Positions 1 to 7,612 of a stretch of 38,476 bases of DNA are shown piece by piece; position 1 is the first letter of the stretch; every line of letters begins with the position of its first letter. The position numbers and the translations under genes are program-made. The DNA is from a virus. Its lineage: Duplodnaviria; Caudoviricetes. The stretch is from positions 1 through 38,476 of IMG/VR virus record IMGVR_UViG_3300048893_000112. One strand, written 5' to 3'. Under the pieces are notes generated by a model. The model made no database searches, had not been told where the DNA came from, and saw nothing but the letters and a program-made list of their open reading frames with translations.

Positions 1-39
1 TTCCGGCATAGGGGTGAGGGTATCAGGCACAGCGCTCAT
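1..39 (-). CDS. bet: Probable 5' end of the Bet gene (MSAVPDTLTPMPE...), running off the left edge
   Basis: ATG at 39 overlaps the stop of ORF 36..359 (ATGA) and the frame is open to base 1. The Bet ORF at the right edge lacks its N-terminus. Confidence 0.6.
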   Translation of the reverse strand, partial: MSAVPDTLTPMPE

Positions 40-359
40 ATTCCTAGCTCCTTGCAGATCTCGGCATGCTTGGCCCACGCCCAGGCCTGAGCCTGTGACC
101 GGGCGGACGCATTGACGCGAGGGGGTCGTGGATCGGGGCCCACGCGTTCGGGCGGCTTGCGCGTCGACTCCCATTGCGCCTCGGCCAGGACGCCCAGGAC
201 AGCCTCGCACTCCGCCTCATGGGCCACCAGGACACCGTGCTCCAGTGAGACCCATAGGGGGAGCTCCTCGGCGGGGTCGGGCAGGTGAGCCGGCGTGAAC
301 GTCGGGTGAGGCCCCTCCCAGTGGTGAGGGAACATGCAGCCGGGGCGCCCTTGCGTCAT
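36..359 (-). CDS. Hypothetical protein, 107 aa
   Basis: ATGA-coupled to the genes on both sides; GGAGG upstream. Confidence 0.65.
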   Translation of the reverse strand: MTQGRPGCMFPHHWEGPHPTFTPAHLPDPAEELPLWVSLEHGVLVAHEAECEAVLGVLAEAQWESTRKPPERVGPDPRPPRVNASARSQAQAWAWAKHAEICKELGI

Positions 360-1201
360 GCGTAAGCCTCCTCACGTTGAAGCTCGCGCAGCTCCTCATC
401 GAGGGCATAGCGCGGCGCGTCGAGGTCGGAGATGGCCGGGTCATAGCTGGGGAATTCACCCATGTCCAGACAGTGCTTCCACAACGTGCGGACGTCGTGG
501 TTACGCTTCGCGGCCTGGGCCATGAACCAGCGATCCAGGGTGTAGCAGGCCACCGCATAGGGGGGCTCGGTCTCGACGACGACGAAGAGCATGGGGGACA
601 CGGGCGCACCCGCGGCGAGCGCATACCCCCCTTCGTACCAATCCGCCTGGAAGTGATAACCCAGGTTCGTGACCGTGCGACGGAAGGCGGCGCGTGAGGC
701 GTCCTGGCTCGTCTTGAAGTCCACGAGTTGAACGCCCTTACCCACGGGGTGGATCCAGTCAATGCGGGCTTTGCATTCGAGGCCGGTGCGGGGATCTGTC
801 CAGAAGCACGACACCTCGGCGTAGCCTGAGGAAAAGAGCGGGCCCGCGGTCGGGTGGTTGCGCACGTTCTCGGCGCAGGCAAAGGCGGCTTCGCGATCGG
901 ACTGGGTGCAGGGCAGGGCCCCGCGGTCGGCGCACTCGACGAGGAAGGCTCGCCACACGCCCGAATTCTTGGAGACATCCGGGGCCATCAGATAGCGCTG
1001 GTCGAACGTGAGGGGCTCGAGAAGCGCCGTGTGCGTCATCGTCCCGAACGCCATGCCGGGGCCGGGCGCGCGGCGCTCACGCGGGTGGGTGAGCCAGTAG
1101 CGCAGGTGCGCGGGGCTTCGCTCGACGAGCTTGGACTCCGAATACGAGAGCGCCTGGATGGCGCGGTACTCGGCGTTGGCCAGGCCGTGCAGGATGGTCA
1201 T
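356..1201 (-). CDS. PD-(D/E)XK exonuclease, exodeoxyribonuclease VIII/RecE-like (DUF3799-type)
   Basis: Motifs ALSYSESK, FGTMTHTALLEP, EVSCFW...KARIDW, VDFKT, YHFQADWY, FVVVETEPPY. Start at 1201 is ATGA-coupled to the upstream ORF. Confidence 0.9.
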   Translation of the reverse strand: MTILHGLANAEYRAIQALSYSESKLVERSPAHLRYWLTHPRERRAPGPGMAFGTMTHTALLEPLTFDQRYLMAPDVSKNSGVWRAFLVECADRGALPCTQSDREAAFACAENVRNHPTAGPLFSSGYAEVSCFWTDPRTGLECKARIDWIHPVGKGVQLVDFKTSQDASRAAFRRTVTNLGYHFQADWYEGGYALAAGAPVSPMLFVVVETEPPYAVACYTLDRWFMAQAAKRNHDVRTLWKHCLDMGEFPSYDPAISDLDAPRYALDEELRELQREEAYA

Positions 1202-1536
1202 TGCCCGCGCTCGGCGACGATCTGCCAATGGCCTGCGCCTGCGGGTTGCACGACGACGCCGAGGGTGGCGGGATGCAGCAGGTCGAGGTCAATCGTGCGC
1301 AAGAGCTTGTTGGCCATGGCCAGGGCGTGCTGGTCGTCGAGGCCGTGTTCGGTGAGGAAGAGATAGACGTCCGAGTGCACGGTGAAGCGGTCGCCCATCA
1401 AGCGCGCGAGGTCAATCACGAGCTTCGGCGGTTCGATCTTCAAGGTCTCATATTCGTCGTACCACTGCGGGTCGGCGATGTACCCAGGTGGGGTATCGAG
1501 CTTCGCTTCGGAGATGACGTGCTGAGACTTGGCCAT
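1198..1536 (-). CDS. Hypothetical protein, 112 aa
   Basis: AAGGAG RBS upstream; part of the leftward operon. Confidence 0.7.
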   Translation of the reverse strand: MAKSQHVISEAKLDTPPGYIADPQWYDEYETLKIEPPKLVIDLARLMGDRFTVHSDVYLFLTEHGLDDQHALAMANKLLRTIDLDLLHPATLGVVVQPAGAGHWQIVAERGQ

Positions 1537-1549
1537 GATGGTGCTCCTT

Positions 1550-1741
1550 CTAGGCAGTCAGGGCGATGACGCGCGGTGGGTCATAGACGAGGCTGGGTTC
1601 ATCGCGGGGGATGGGGTGCTCCAGCAGCCAGCCACGATGCGTTGATCGGACGAGGAGGACGGCACGCACCCATTCGCGCTGAAGGTATACGTTACCTGGG
1701 TATAGGGCAATGGATTGCAAGACGAGCTCGGGCGTGATCAC
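1550..1741 (-). CDS. Small hypothetical phage protein
   Basis: GTGA overlap with the upstream ORF; fills the operon. Confidence 0.6.
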   Translation of the reverse strand: MITPELVLQSIALYPGNVYLQREWVRAVLLVRSTHRGWLLEHPIPRDEPSLVYDPPRVIALTA

Positions 1742-2085
1742 TTGAAGGCTCCGATGTCGTAGCTTGCGAGCACCCAGGCGGCGTAGGAGTGGGCGAGATA
1801 CTCGATGACGTCTTCCTTCGAGCCGTGCTTCAACTCCACGAGCAAGTCCACGAGGAGGGTGGAGTCGTCATCGAGCATGCGCCAGAAGACGTTGGCCAGC
1901 GTGGTCTGCTGGTCTCGCATGTGCTCCGGGGTGGAGACGAGCGCCTCAGGGCCCTCAGCCACCGCACGCTTGAACTCCGTCACGAGTAATTGAGCCGCGC
2001 GGGGGATGCGTCTTGAGTGTTCGTCTTGGCCCATGAGGTGACGCTCACTGGTGGCCAGGAAGCGCTCGATATTCGTTGGGTGCAT
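1738..2085 (-). CDS. Hypothetical protein, first gene of the leftward operon
   Basis: Globular-looking composition; GAGG upstream; no HTH or S24 features. Confidence 0.65.
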   Translation of the reverse strand: MHPTNIERFLATSERHLMGQDEHSRRIPRAAQLLVTEFKRAVAEGPEALVSTPEHMRDQQTTLANVFWRMLDDDSTLLVDLLVELKHGSKEDVIEYLAHSYAAWVLASYDIGAFK

Positions 2086-2273
2086 GGGGCGCGATTCAAC
2101 CTCGATTCGAGGGGCTTGTGGGGAAGCTTGCGATGGGCGTGGTGCCTATGCGTTTCCCGTCGTTCAGGCCGTTGAAACCAACGCGTTGTTGCCCGATTCA
2201 TGCGAACGGGGTAAGGGTATGGAAGGCCTTCGCTGCCCGGGGGCTGCCCGCGCGCTGCCCGAGTCGATTTTTC

Positions 2274-2301
2274 TTGACGGTCATGAGCGTGTGCGAACAA
2301 T
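2274..2301 (+). promoter_or_regulatory. Possible sigma70 promoter for the rightward early operon
   Basis: TTGACG-N16-AACAAT about 30 nt upstream of the Cro-like start. Confidence 0.35.
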
Positions 2302-2330
2302 GGGAGGCTTCCTCTGCAAAGGAAGTGGCC

Positions 2331-2618
2331 ATGGCCCTGGATCTCGACACCCTCCTCGCGCTCGTGAGTGACGGCACGGGGGACAAGCATGCGGCGGCCG
2401 AGGCGCTGGGGATCCAGGCCAAAGCCATTCGTCTGTGGCGCACGGACGAGGAGGGGCGGGTCGTCTCGCGGCGCGTGACGGACGCGGTGATCGCGGCGAT
2501 GGTGAGGCAACGCTGGGCCCTCATGAAGCAGCGCAAGCGCCCGGATCCGCTGCCCGTGGAGGTCATCGACGAGCTCCTCAGCCTGGAGGGGTTGAAGGGC
2601 ATCGAGGCGGACAAGTAG
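2331..2618 (+). CDS. Cro-like helix-turn-helix protein
   Basis: GDKHAAAEALGIQAKAIRLW matches the Cro HTH pattern. First rightward gene after the divergence point; AAGGAAG RBS before ATG 2331. Confidence 0.7.
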   Translation: MALDLDTLLALVSDGTGDKHAAAEALGIQAKAIRLWRTDEEGRVVSRRVTDAVIAAMVRQRWALMKQRKRPDPLPVEVIDELLSLEGLKGIEADK

Positions 2619-2624
2619 GCGGCC

Positions 2625-3101
2625 GTGATGGCCACCGACATTGAGCAGGCGGTCGAGGCCGCCTTCACCCGGTTCGCCCTCGTCTATGGGACGCACGCCA
2701 TGAGCCGCATGTGGCTGGGCCAGGATCTGCCGACCGTCAAACGGGCGTGGTGTCATGAGCTGCGCGGCTTCACGAGCCTGGACGTCATCTGGGCGATGGA
2801 TCACTTACCCCCTGAGGGTATTCCGAACCTGCTGCAATTCAAGGCCCTTTGCCAGCGCCGGCCCGAGCCAGCGCTCCTCGCCTTGAAGGGGCCCCAGGCG
2901 GATCCTGCGCGCGTGGCGGCCGTGATCGCGGAGCTGCAGAGGCTGAAGGCCGTGCTCACGAATGGCAACCGCGCCACCGATTGGCAAGTGAAATTAATTG
3001 AACGCTATCGGCGCGGGGACAAGGGGTTGACCTTGCACCAGCGCCACATCGCCGAGGAGCTCCTGGAGGCGCGTCGAGCGCGGGAGAGCCGTGATGCCTG
3101 A
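2625..3101 (+). CDS. Putative replication accessory protein (helicase loader/P-like)
   Basis: W..EL.GFT..DV..A.D.LP...PNL.QF.ALC pattern, as in small phage helicase-loader-type proteins; adjacent to the initiator. Confidence 0.5.
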   Translation: MMATDIEQAVEAAFTRFALVYGTHAMSRMWLGQDLPTVKRAWCHELRGFTSLDVIWAMDHLPPEGIPNLLQFKALCQRRPEPALLALKGPQADPARVAAVIAELQRLKAVLTNGNRATDWQVKLIERYRRGDKGLTLHQRHIAEELLEARRARESRDA

Positions 3102-4071
3102 GCGGCAGCCGTTGAGGGTGGCGGTGAGGCCCGACCAGCTCGCCCAGGCGCTTGCGACGATGACGCCGATCCAGGTGGGTGCATTCATGCAGCTCGTGCT
3201 CTGGATGGCCATCAACGCGTCACCCCTGCCGGGTGAGCTCCAGGCCTGCTGCGAGATCGTCAAGGCGCGCTCGAATGAGGCCCGCAGGACGGTGGCGGAG
3301 CTGACCGGGTTGGATCCTGTCGGGCTGTCTACGGTAGACGGTCACGGTAGACAAAATCTGTCTACGGTAGACGAGTCTGTCTACGGTAGACGTCACGGTA
3401 GACAAGGGGTGGCCTTTGAGGGTTCACCCGAAGCTGGGTTAACCTTGAGGAGCGATAGGGCGTGGGGTATTGACCCAATCAGCGCTGAGAGCATCGCGGC
3501 CCACGAGCGCCGAGTGAGGATGGAGAAACAACAACGCTACCGTGCGAAGAAGGCCGCGAGGTCGTCTACGGTAGACGAGGAGCAGGCGGTCGACGGCAGA
3601 CTCGCGGGCGCAGGGAATTCAAAGGAATACAGGAATACAGAGAATACCGAAGAGCGTGTACTCCTCCCTTCGGTCGTCGCACACGCCGTGCGCGCGCGCG
3701 AGGGCGAGCATGTGCGCGAGGGCGAGGCCGGCGATGCTGGCGAGCTCGGAACGGCCGCCGGCCGGCGCCGCGGAGAGGCCCTGAAGGCCATGCGGGCATG
3801 CGGCCTGACCGGCATCAACGGCCTCCACCCCGAGTTCCTCGCCCTCCTGGCCACGGGCATCACGGACGACGAGCTGCGCTGGGGCGCCGAGGATGCGGTG
3901 GCCAAGGGCAAGGGCTTCCCGTACGCCGTGGCCGCCCTCCTGCGCTCGCGCCAGGACGCCGTCGCGGGTACCCCTGCACCCATCCCCTCGGAGCGCCCTC
4001 TCAGCGCCTGGGAGGCCCGCGCCAGGGAGCTCGCCGGCCCGTCAGCCATCGGCTACAAGCCGCCAACGTAA
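3091..4071 (+). CDS. Replication initiator (lambda O-like layout, DUF1376/YdaU-like N-terminus)
   Basis: N-terminal MTPIQVGAFMQLVLW, basic helix EKQQRYRAKK, internal iteron array, C-terminal K.F.YA motif. Confidence 0.7.
   Translation: MMPERQPLRVAVRPDQLAQALATMTPIQVGAFMQLVLWMAINASPLPGELQACCEIVKARSNEARRTVAELTGLDPVGLSTVDGHGRQNLSTVDESVYGRRHGRQGVAFEGSPEAGLTLRSDRAWGIDPISAESIAAHERRVRMEKQQRYRAKKAARSSTVDEEQAVDGRLAGAGNSKEYRNTENTEERVLLPSVVAHAVRAREGEHVREGEAGDAGELGTAAGRRRGEALKAMRACGLTGINGLHPEFLALLATGITDDELRWGAEDAVAKGKGFPYAVAALLRSRQDAVAGTPAPIPSERPLSAWEARARELAGPSAIGYKPPT
3327..3601. repeat. Palindromic iterons GTCTAC-G-GTAGAC, putative replication origin
   Basis: Perfect copies at 3327, 3360, 3379, 3564; one-base-deleted copies (GTCACGGTAGAC) at 3341, 3392; degenerate copy at 3589. 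Followed by GAATAC x3 at about 3625-3647. Confidence 0.8.
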
Positions 4072-4120
4072 AGGCCACAGTGTCGTATGCACTGACATCC
4101 AACGCGTTGGATGCTTGACG

Positions 4121-4133
4121 AATCAACGACTTA
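4121..4133 (+). promoter_or_regulatory. IHF-binding consensus site
   Basis: AATCAACGACTTA is an exact match to WATCAANNNNTTR, in intergenic DNA of a GC-rich genome. Confidence 0.55.
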
Positions 4134-4151
4134 CGCTCACAGTCGCGGACT

Positions 4152-4814
4152 ATGCCCACCCCCCTGGTGTCATCGCTGGTGCTCACGCCCTCCCGGCGCT
4201 CCTCGGCGCACACCCCCGGCATGCCCCTCGGCAGCCTGGGCGATGGCAGCAACACCGCGACCGCCGACGAGGCGCACCAAGGGGCCGGCGCTCAGGGCCG
4301 TGAGGAGCTCTCCGCGCAGTGCCCCCCTGGGGTACCCGAGGGCCTTGATGCCGGCCGGAATGGCCTGGGCGACCCCGAGGGGGGATCCGAATCGCCGGCC
4401 GGGGTCGGCCGGAAACAGGGCCCCTCCCCCGCACCTACCCCCTTTGAAAATCCTCACACGCACAGCGTGTACTTCGGTCTCCCCCTCATGCCCGGGCTCA
4501 ACAGCCGCGAGCACCCCATGCGCCGCTCCCGTCGCGTCAAGCGCGAGCACCACGTCGTCGCCTGGGCTCTCCAAGCCGCCCGCATCCCCCACGACCTCGC
4601 TCCCTGCACGGTGCGCTTCACCCGTCACGGCACCCGTCGCATGGACGACGACAACCTCATCGGCGCCTTCAAGGCCGTTCGCGACGAAGTCGCCCACTGG
4701 CTCGGGGTCAACGACGGCGGCACCGCAGTCGCCTGGGACTACGCTCCTCAGCGCATCGGCCCCGGGCCCGCCACGGTCACGATCGACTTCATCGCTCAGA
4801 AGCATACGGGGTGA
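4152..4814 (+). CDS. RusA-like Holliday junction resolvase (start uncertain; recognisable domain begins near 4455)
   Basis: LNSREH...R.RR.K, VRFTR...MDDDNL..AFKAVRD.VA..LGVND: the RusA DxDN, K, D, D catalytic pattern. Confidence 0.75.
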   Translation: MPTPLVSSLVLTPSRRSSAHTPGMPLGSLGDGSNTATADEAHQGAGAQGREELSAQCPPGVPEGLDAGRNGLGDPEGGSESPAGVGRKQGPSPAPTPFENPHTHSVYFGLPLMPGLNSREHPMRRSRRVKREHHVVAWALQAARIPHDLAPCTVRFTRHGTRRMDDDNLIGAFKAVRDEVAHWLGVNDGGTAVAWDYAPQRIGPGPATVTIDFIAQKHTG

Positions 4815-4818
4815 GGGT

Positions 4819-5070
4819 ATGACCATCGACACAACCTCGACGCTTTGCCCCGCATGCCACGGCAAGGGTTGGCTCCGCCTCTCCACGGGGTGGCCCATCG
4901 AGTGCGACGACTGCACCCCCACGAAGACGGTCAAGGGCCGGGTCACCCTCGACAAAGCCAAGGTCGCCGCCCTCGAACGCGCTCGCAAGCCTCTCGAAAC
5001 CGTGGCCCCGTGCCGCTACGTCGGCGCAGGCGCAACGCACCACTACGTCATCCCGGCCGATACGGAGTAG
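4819..5070 (+). CDS. Small zinc-finger protein
   Basis: CPACHGKG...CDDC; GAGG upstream. Confidence 0.65.
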   Translation: MTIDTTSTLCPACHGKGWLRLSTGWPIECDDCTPTKTVKGRVTLDKAKVAALERARKPLETVAPCRYVGAGATHHYVIPADTE

Positions 5071-5073
5071 GGT

Positions 5074-5562
5074 ATGGACACCAACGACGCCATCACCGAA
5101 GCGATCCAGCGCGATCATGACCGCCGAGGGTACGAGGAGTGGGTGAGGCGAGGCTGCCCTACGCACGACAACGCTTCAACGCCGCAACCTGTCCCCCCTC
5201 AACGCTCCGACCGTTTCTGGCGCGACTTGATGGGCATCGACACCCTCCTCGCCGAAGCGCTCAGGGCCATCACGCGCCTGGACTCCGAGCTCGAACCCCA
5301 GGCCCCCAACCTCGTGGCCCACCTCAGTGCCGCTCGCGAGTGTCTCGCTCCGCTCCTGCGCGAACTCGAAGCCCATACCTCACCCCGTACCCCTGACGAC
5401 TCCGCCGTCCTGGTGGTCGAAGTGAAGACGGTCGTCTCCCAAGCCGAGGCCCGGCGCCGCGACCGCGAGCTCGCTCTGCAGATGGCCCAGAACCCGCAGG
5501 CGCTCCTGCGCCACAACGCCCTGGCCCAGGCCCTCGGGATCGGCCAGACCCGCATCGGGTGA
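5074..5562 (+). CDS. Hypothetical protein, 162 aa
   Basis: GGAG RBS; tightly packed in the operon. Confidence 0.65.
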   Translation: MDTNDAITEAIQRDHDRRGYEEWVRRGCPTHDNASTPQPVPPQRSDRFWRDLMGIDTLLAEALRAITRLDSELEPQAPNLVAHLSAARECLAPLLRELEAHTSPRTPDDSAVLVVEVKTVVSQAEARRRDRELALQMAQNPQALLRHNALAQALGIGQTRIG

Positions 5563-5567
5563 CCGCC

Positions 5568-5729
5568 ATGCCCTCCACCAGCCCCGCCCAGGCGCGTCTC
5601 ATGCAGGCTGCAGCGCACAACCCGGGCTTTGCGAAGAAGGCCGGCGTGCCGCAGACGGTCGCCCAGGAGTTCGTCGCCGCGGATAAGGCGAAGCTCGCCC
5701 AGGCCCTGCGCCAGGACGCGAAGAAATGA
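5568..5729 (+). CDS. Small conserved-type phage protein (MPSTSPAQARLMQAAAHNPGFAKKAGVPQTVAQEFVAADK...), not in the ORF track
   Basis: Translated by hand, 53 aa. Resembles a small protein type common near phage packaging genes. Confidence 0.75.
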   Translation: MPSTSPAQARLMQAAAHNPGFAKKAGVPQTVAQEFVAADKAKLAQALRQDAKK

Positions 5730-5845
5730 CTGCCTCGGTCACCGCCTACACCCTCCTCGCCTACGTCTCCTTCGTGGCGGTGGGGTTCCTCCTCCTGGCA
5801 GGGCTGTGGAAGCTCCTGGCGCTCCTGTTCGACTGGCTGGATTAG
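5726..5845 (+). CDS. Small membrane peptide, 39 aa
   Basis: ATGA-coupled; hydrophobic AYTLLAYVSFVAVGFLLLAGLWKLLALLF. Confidence 0.5.
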   Translation: MTASVTAYTLLAYVSFVAVGFLLLAGLWKLLALLFDWLD

Positions 5846-5861
5846 GGGTACGGTGACGGGT

Positions 5862-6263
5862 ATGTCCAAGAAGGGCAACTTTCGCGACTACCCGGAGGGC
5901 GGCTACAAGCTCCCGGTCAACCCCGAGCTCTCGCGTCGTGAGCATGCGAAGGCCGTCTCGGAGTCCCTCATCGTGTACATGCACGCCCGCATGGACTTGA
6001 TGAAATTCTGGGACGAGCTGCGCCAACGGAACCCCTTCAAGTTCGCGGAGATGATGCTCAATCGCTTCCCCGACATGCTGCAGCCTCAGCACCAGCAGAT
6101 CGCGATCCTCGTCCCCTCTTACCGCGAGATCCCGGCCACGCAAATCCCAGGCGTCCTGAACTCCCCCGTCCAGGGCCATGTCGCCGAGCGTGTGATGCCG
6201 GAGCTGCGCCTCGTGGAGACCATCGACGCCGATGACCCCGATCCCGAGGAGTCCACCTCGTGA
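5862..6263 (+). CDS. Putative terminase small subunit
   Basis: Overlaps the large terminase start (GTGA) and has a suitable size. Call is positional only. Confidence 0.5.
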   Translation: MSKKGNFRDYPEGGYKLPVNPELSRREHAKAVSESLIVYMHARMDLMKFWDELRQRNPFKFAEMMLNRFPDMLQPQHQQIAILVPSYREIPATQIPGVLNSPVQGHVAERVMPELRLVETIDADDPDPEESTS

Positions 6264-7609
6264 CCGAGACCCTCACCTTCGACGGCGGCTTTACCCCCCG
6301 GGCGTATCAGCGGCCCTACATGGAAGCGATGGACAGGGGCTGCCGGTTCGCCGTCTGGGTCATGCACCGTCGTGGCGGAAAAGATCGCACGGCCCTCGCC
6401 CAGGCCGCCCGCATGGCGGGTAAGCGCGTGGGGCTCTACTGGCACTGCCTCCCGACGCTGAAGCAAGCCCGAAAGGTCGTCTGGGACAACATCACGCGCG
6501 AGGGGCAAAACCTCATCACGCAGACCTTCCCCCCGGCCATCGTGAAGCGCAAGCTCGAAGACGAGATGAAGGTCGAGCTCGTCAACGGAAGCATCGTGCA
6601 ACTGGTCGGCGCGGACAACTTCGACTCCCTCGTCGGCTCCAGCCCCGTGCACGTCACCTTCTCCGAGTGGGCCTTGACCGATCCGCGGGCCTACGACTTC
6701 GTGCGCCCGATCCTCAGAGAAAACGACGGCTCGGTGGCCTTCATCTTTACCCCCCGGGGGTACAACCACGGATTCAAGACGCTCCAGATCGCGCAGCGCC
6801 TGCCGGGCGCCTTCTGCGCCGTGATGTCGATCCGGGAGACGGGTGTCCTGACCGAGGCCGACATGGCCCTCGAACGCGCGATGGACATGCCCGAGGAGTT
6901 GATCCAGCAGGAGTACTTCGTCGACTTCGCTGCCGCCAACGTCGGGGCCATCGTGGGCCGGTACGTGAGCGCCATGGAGCGCGAGGGCCGGTTCATCACG
7001 AGTGATGTGGGCGCGCAGGAGCGCATCGTGGTCTCCTCGGACTTGGGCTACCGCGACGCCGCAGCCTTCTGGTGGTGGGTGCTCAGAGCCGGCGGCTTTC
7101 ACCTCGTGCATTACGACGAAGCCTCGGGGCTCGACGCCGAGGAATGGGTGACGCGCCTGCAGGATGCCCCCTACCGCATCGACCACCTGTACCTGCCCCA
7201 CGATGCCAAGGCCCGCACCATGGCCACGCGGTTTTCCGTCATCGAGACCTTCGCCCAGGCCTTCGAGTGCTCCATCGTCGCCCAGACCAAGGTGACCGAC
7301 CGCATCAACGCCGCCCGCCGGATCCTGCCCCGGTGCACGATGGACGCCGACGCGTGTGCGCGCGGCCTCGAAGCACTCCGGGCCTGGAGCTACAAGTGGG
7401 ACGAGGAGCGCAAGGTCTTCAGCCAGGAACCCAACCACGACTGGTCGAGTCACGGCGCGGATGCGTTCTCTTATGGCGCGCAGATGGTGCAGGAGTCGCT
7501 CCCGCTCCCCAAGCCCAAGCCCACCCCGGTACTCGATGGGGCTCACTACCCGTTCGCGCTCAACGACCTCTGGCGCAAGTGCCGCGGTCGGCGCGCGGTG
7601 AGGCTCTAA
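6260..7609 (+). CDS. terL: Terminase large subunit
   Basis: PRAYQ, Walker A HRRGGKD, Walker B variant VTFSEW, FTPRG, nuclease motifs DLGYRD, LPHDA, HDWSSHGADAFSY. Confidence 0.95.
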   Translation: MTETLTFDGGFTPRAYQRPYMEAMDRGCRFAVWVMHRRGGKDRTALAQAARMAGKRVGLYWHCLPTLKQARKVVWDNITREGQNLITQTFPPAIVKRKLEDEMKVELVNGSIVQLVGADNFDSLVGSSPVHVTFSEWALTDPRAYDFVRPILRENDGSVAFIFTPRGYNHGFKTLQIAQRLPGAFCAVMSIRETGVLTEADMALERAMDMPEELIQQEYFVDFAAANVGAIVGRYVSAMEREGRFITSDVGAQERIVVSSDLGYRDAAAFWWWVLRAGGFHLVHYDEASGLDAEEWVTRLQDAPYRIDHLYLPHDAKARTMATRFSVIETFAQAFECSIVAQTKVTDRINAARRILPRCTMDADACARGLEALRAWSYKWDEERKVFSQEPNHDWSSHGADAFSYGAQMVQESLPLPKPKPTPVLDGAHYPFALNDLWRKCRGRRAVRL

Positions 7610-7612
7610 ACC

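Noticed and set aside
2076-2330. N-terminal extension of the Cro-like ORF given in the ORF track
   Set aside because: It covers the divergent promoter region; the RBS and HTH position support a start at 2331.
3327-3403. Palindromic repeats as a CRISPR array
   Set aside because: Units are 12-13 bp with 0-7 nt gaps, lie inside a CDS, and no cas genes are present; iterons fit better.
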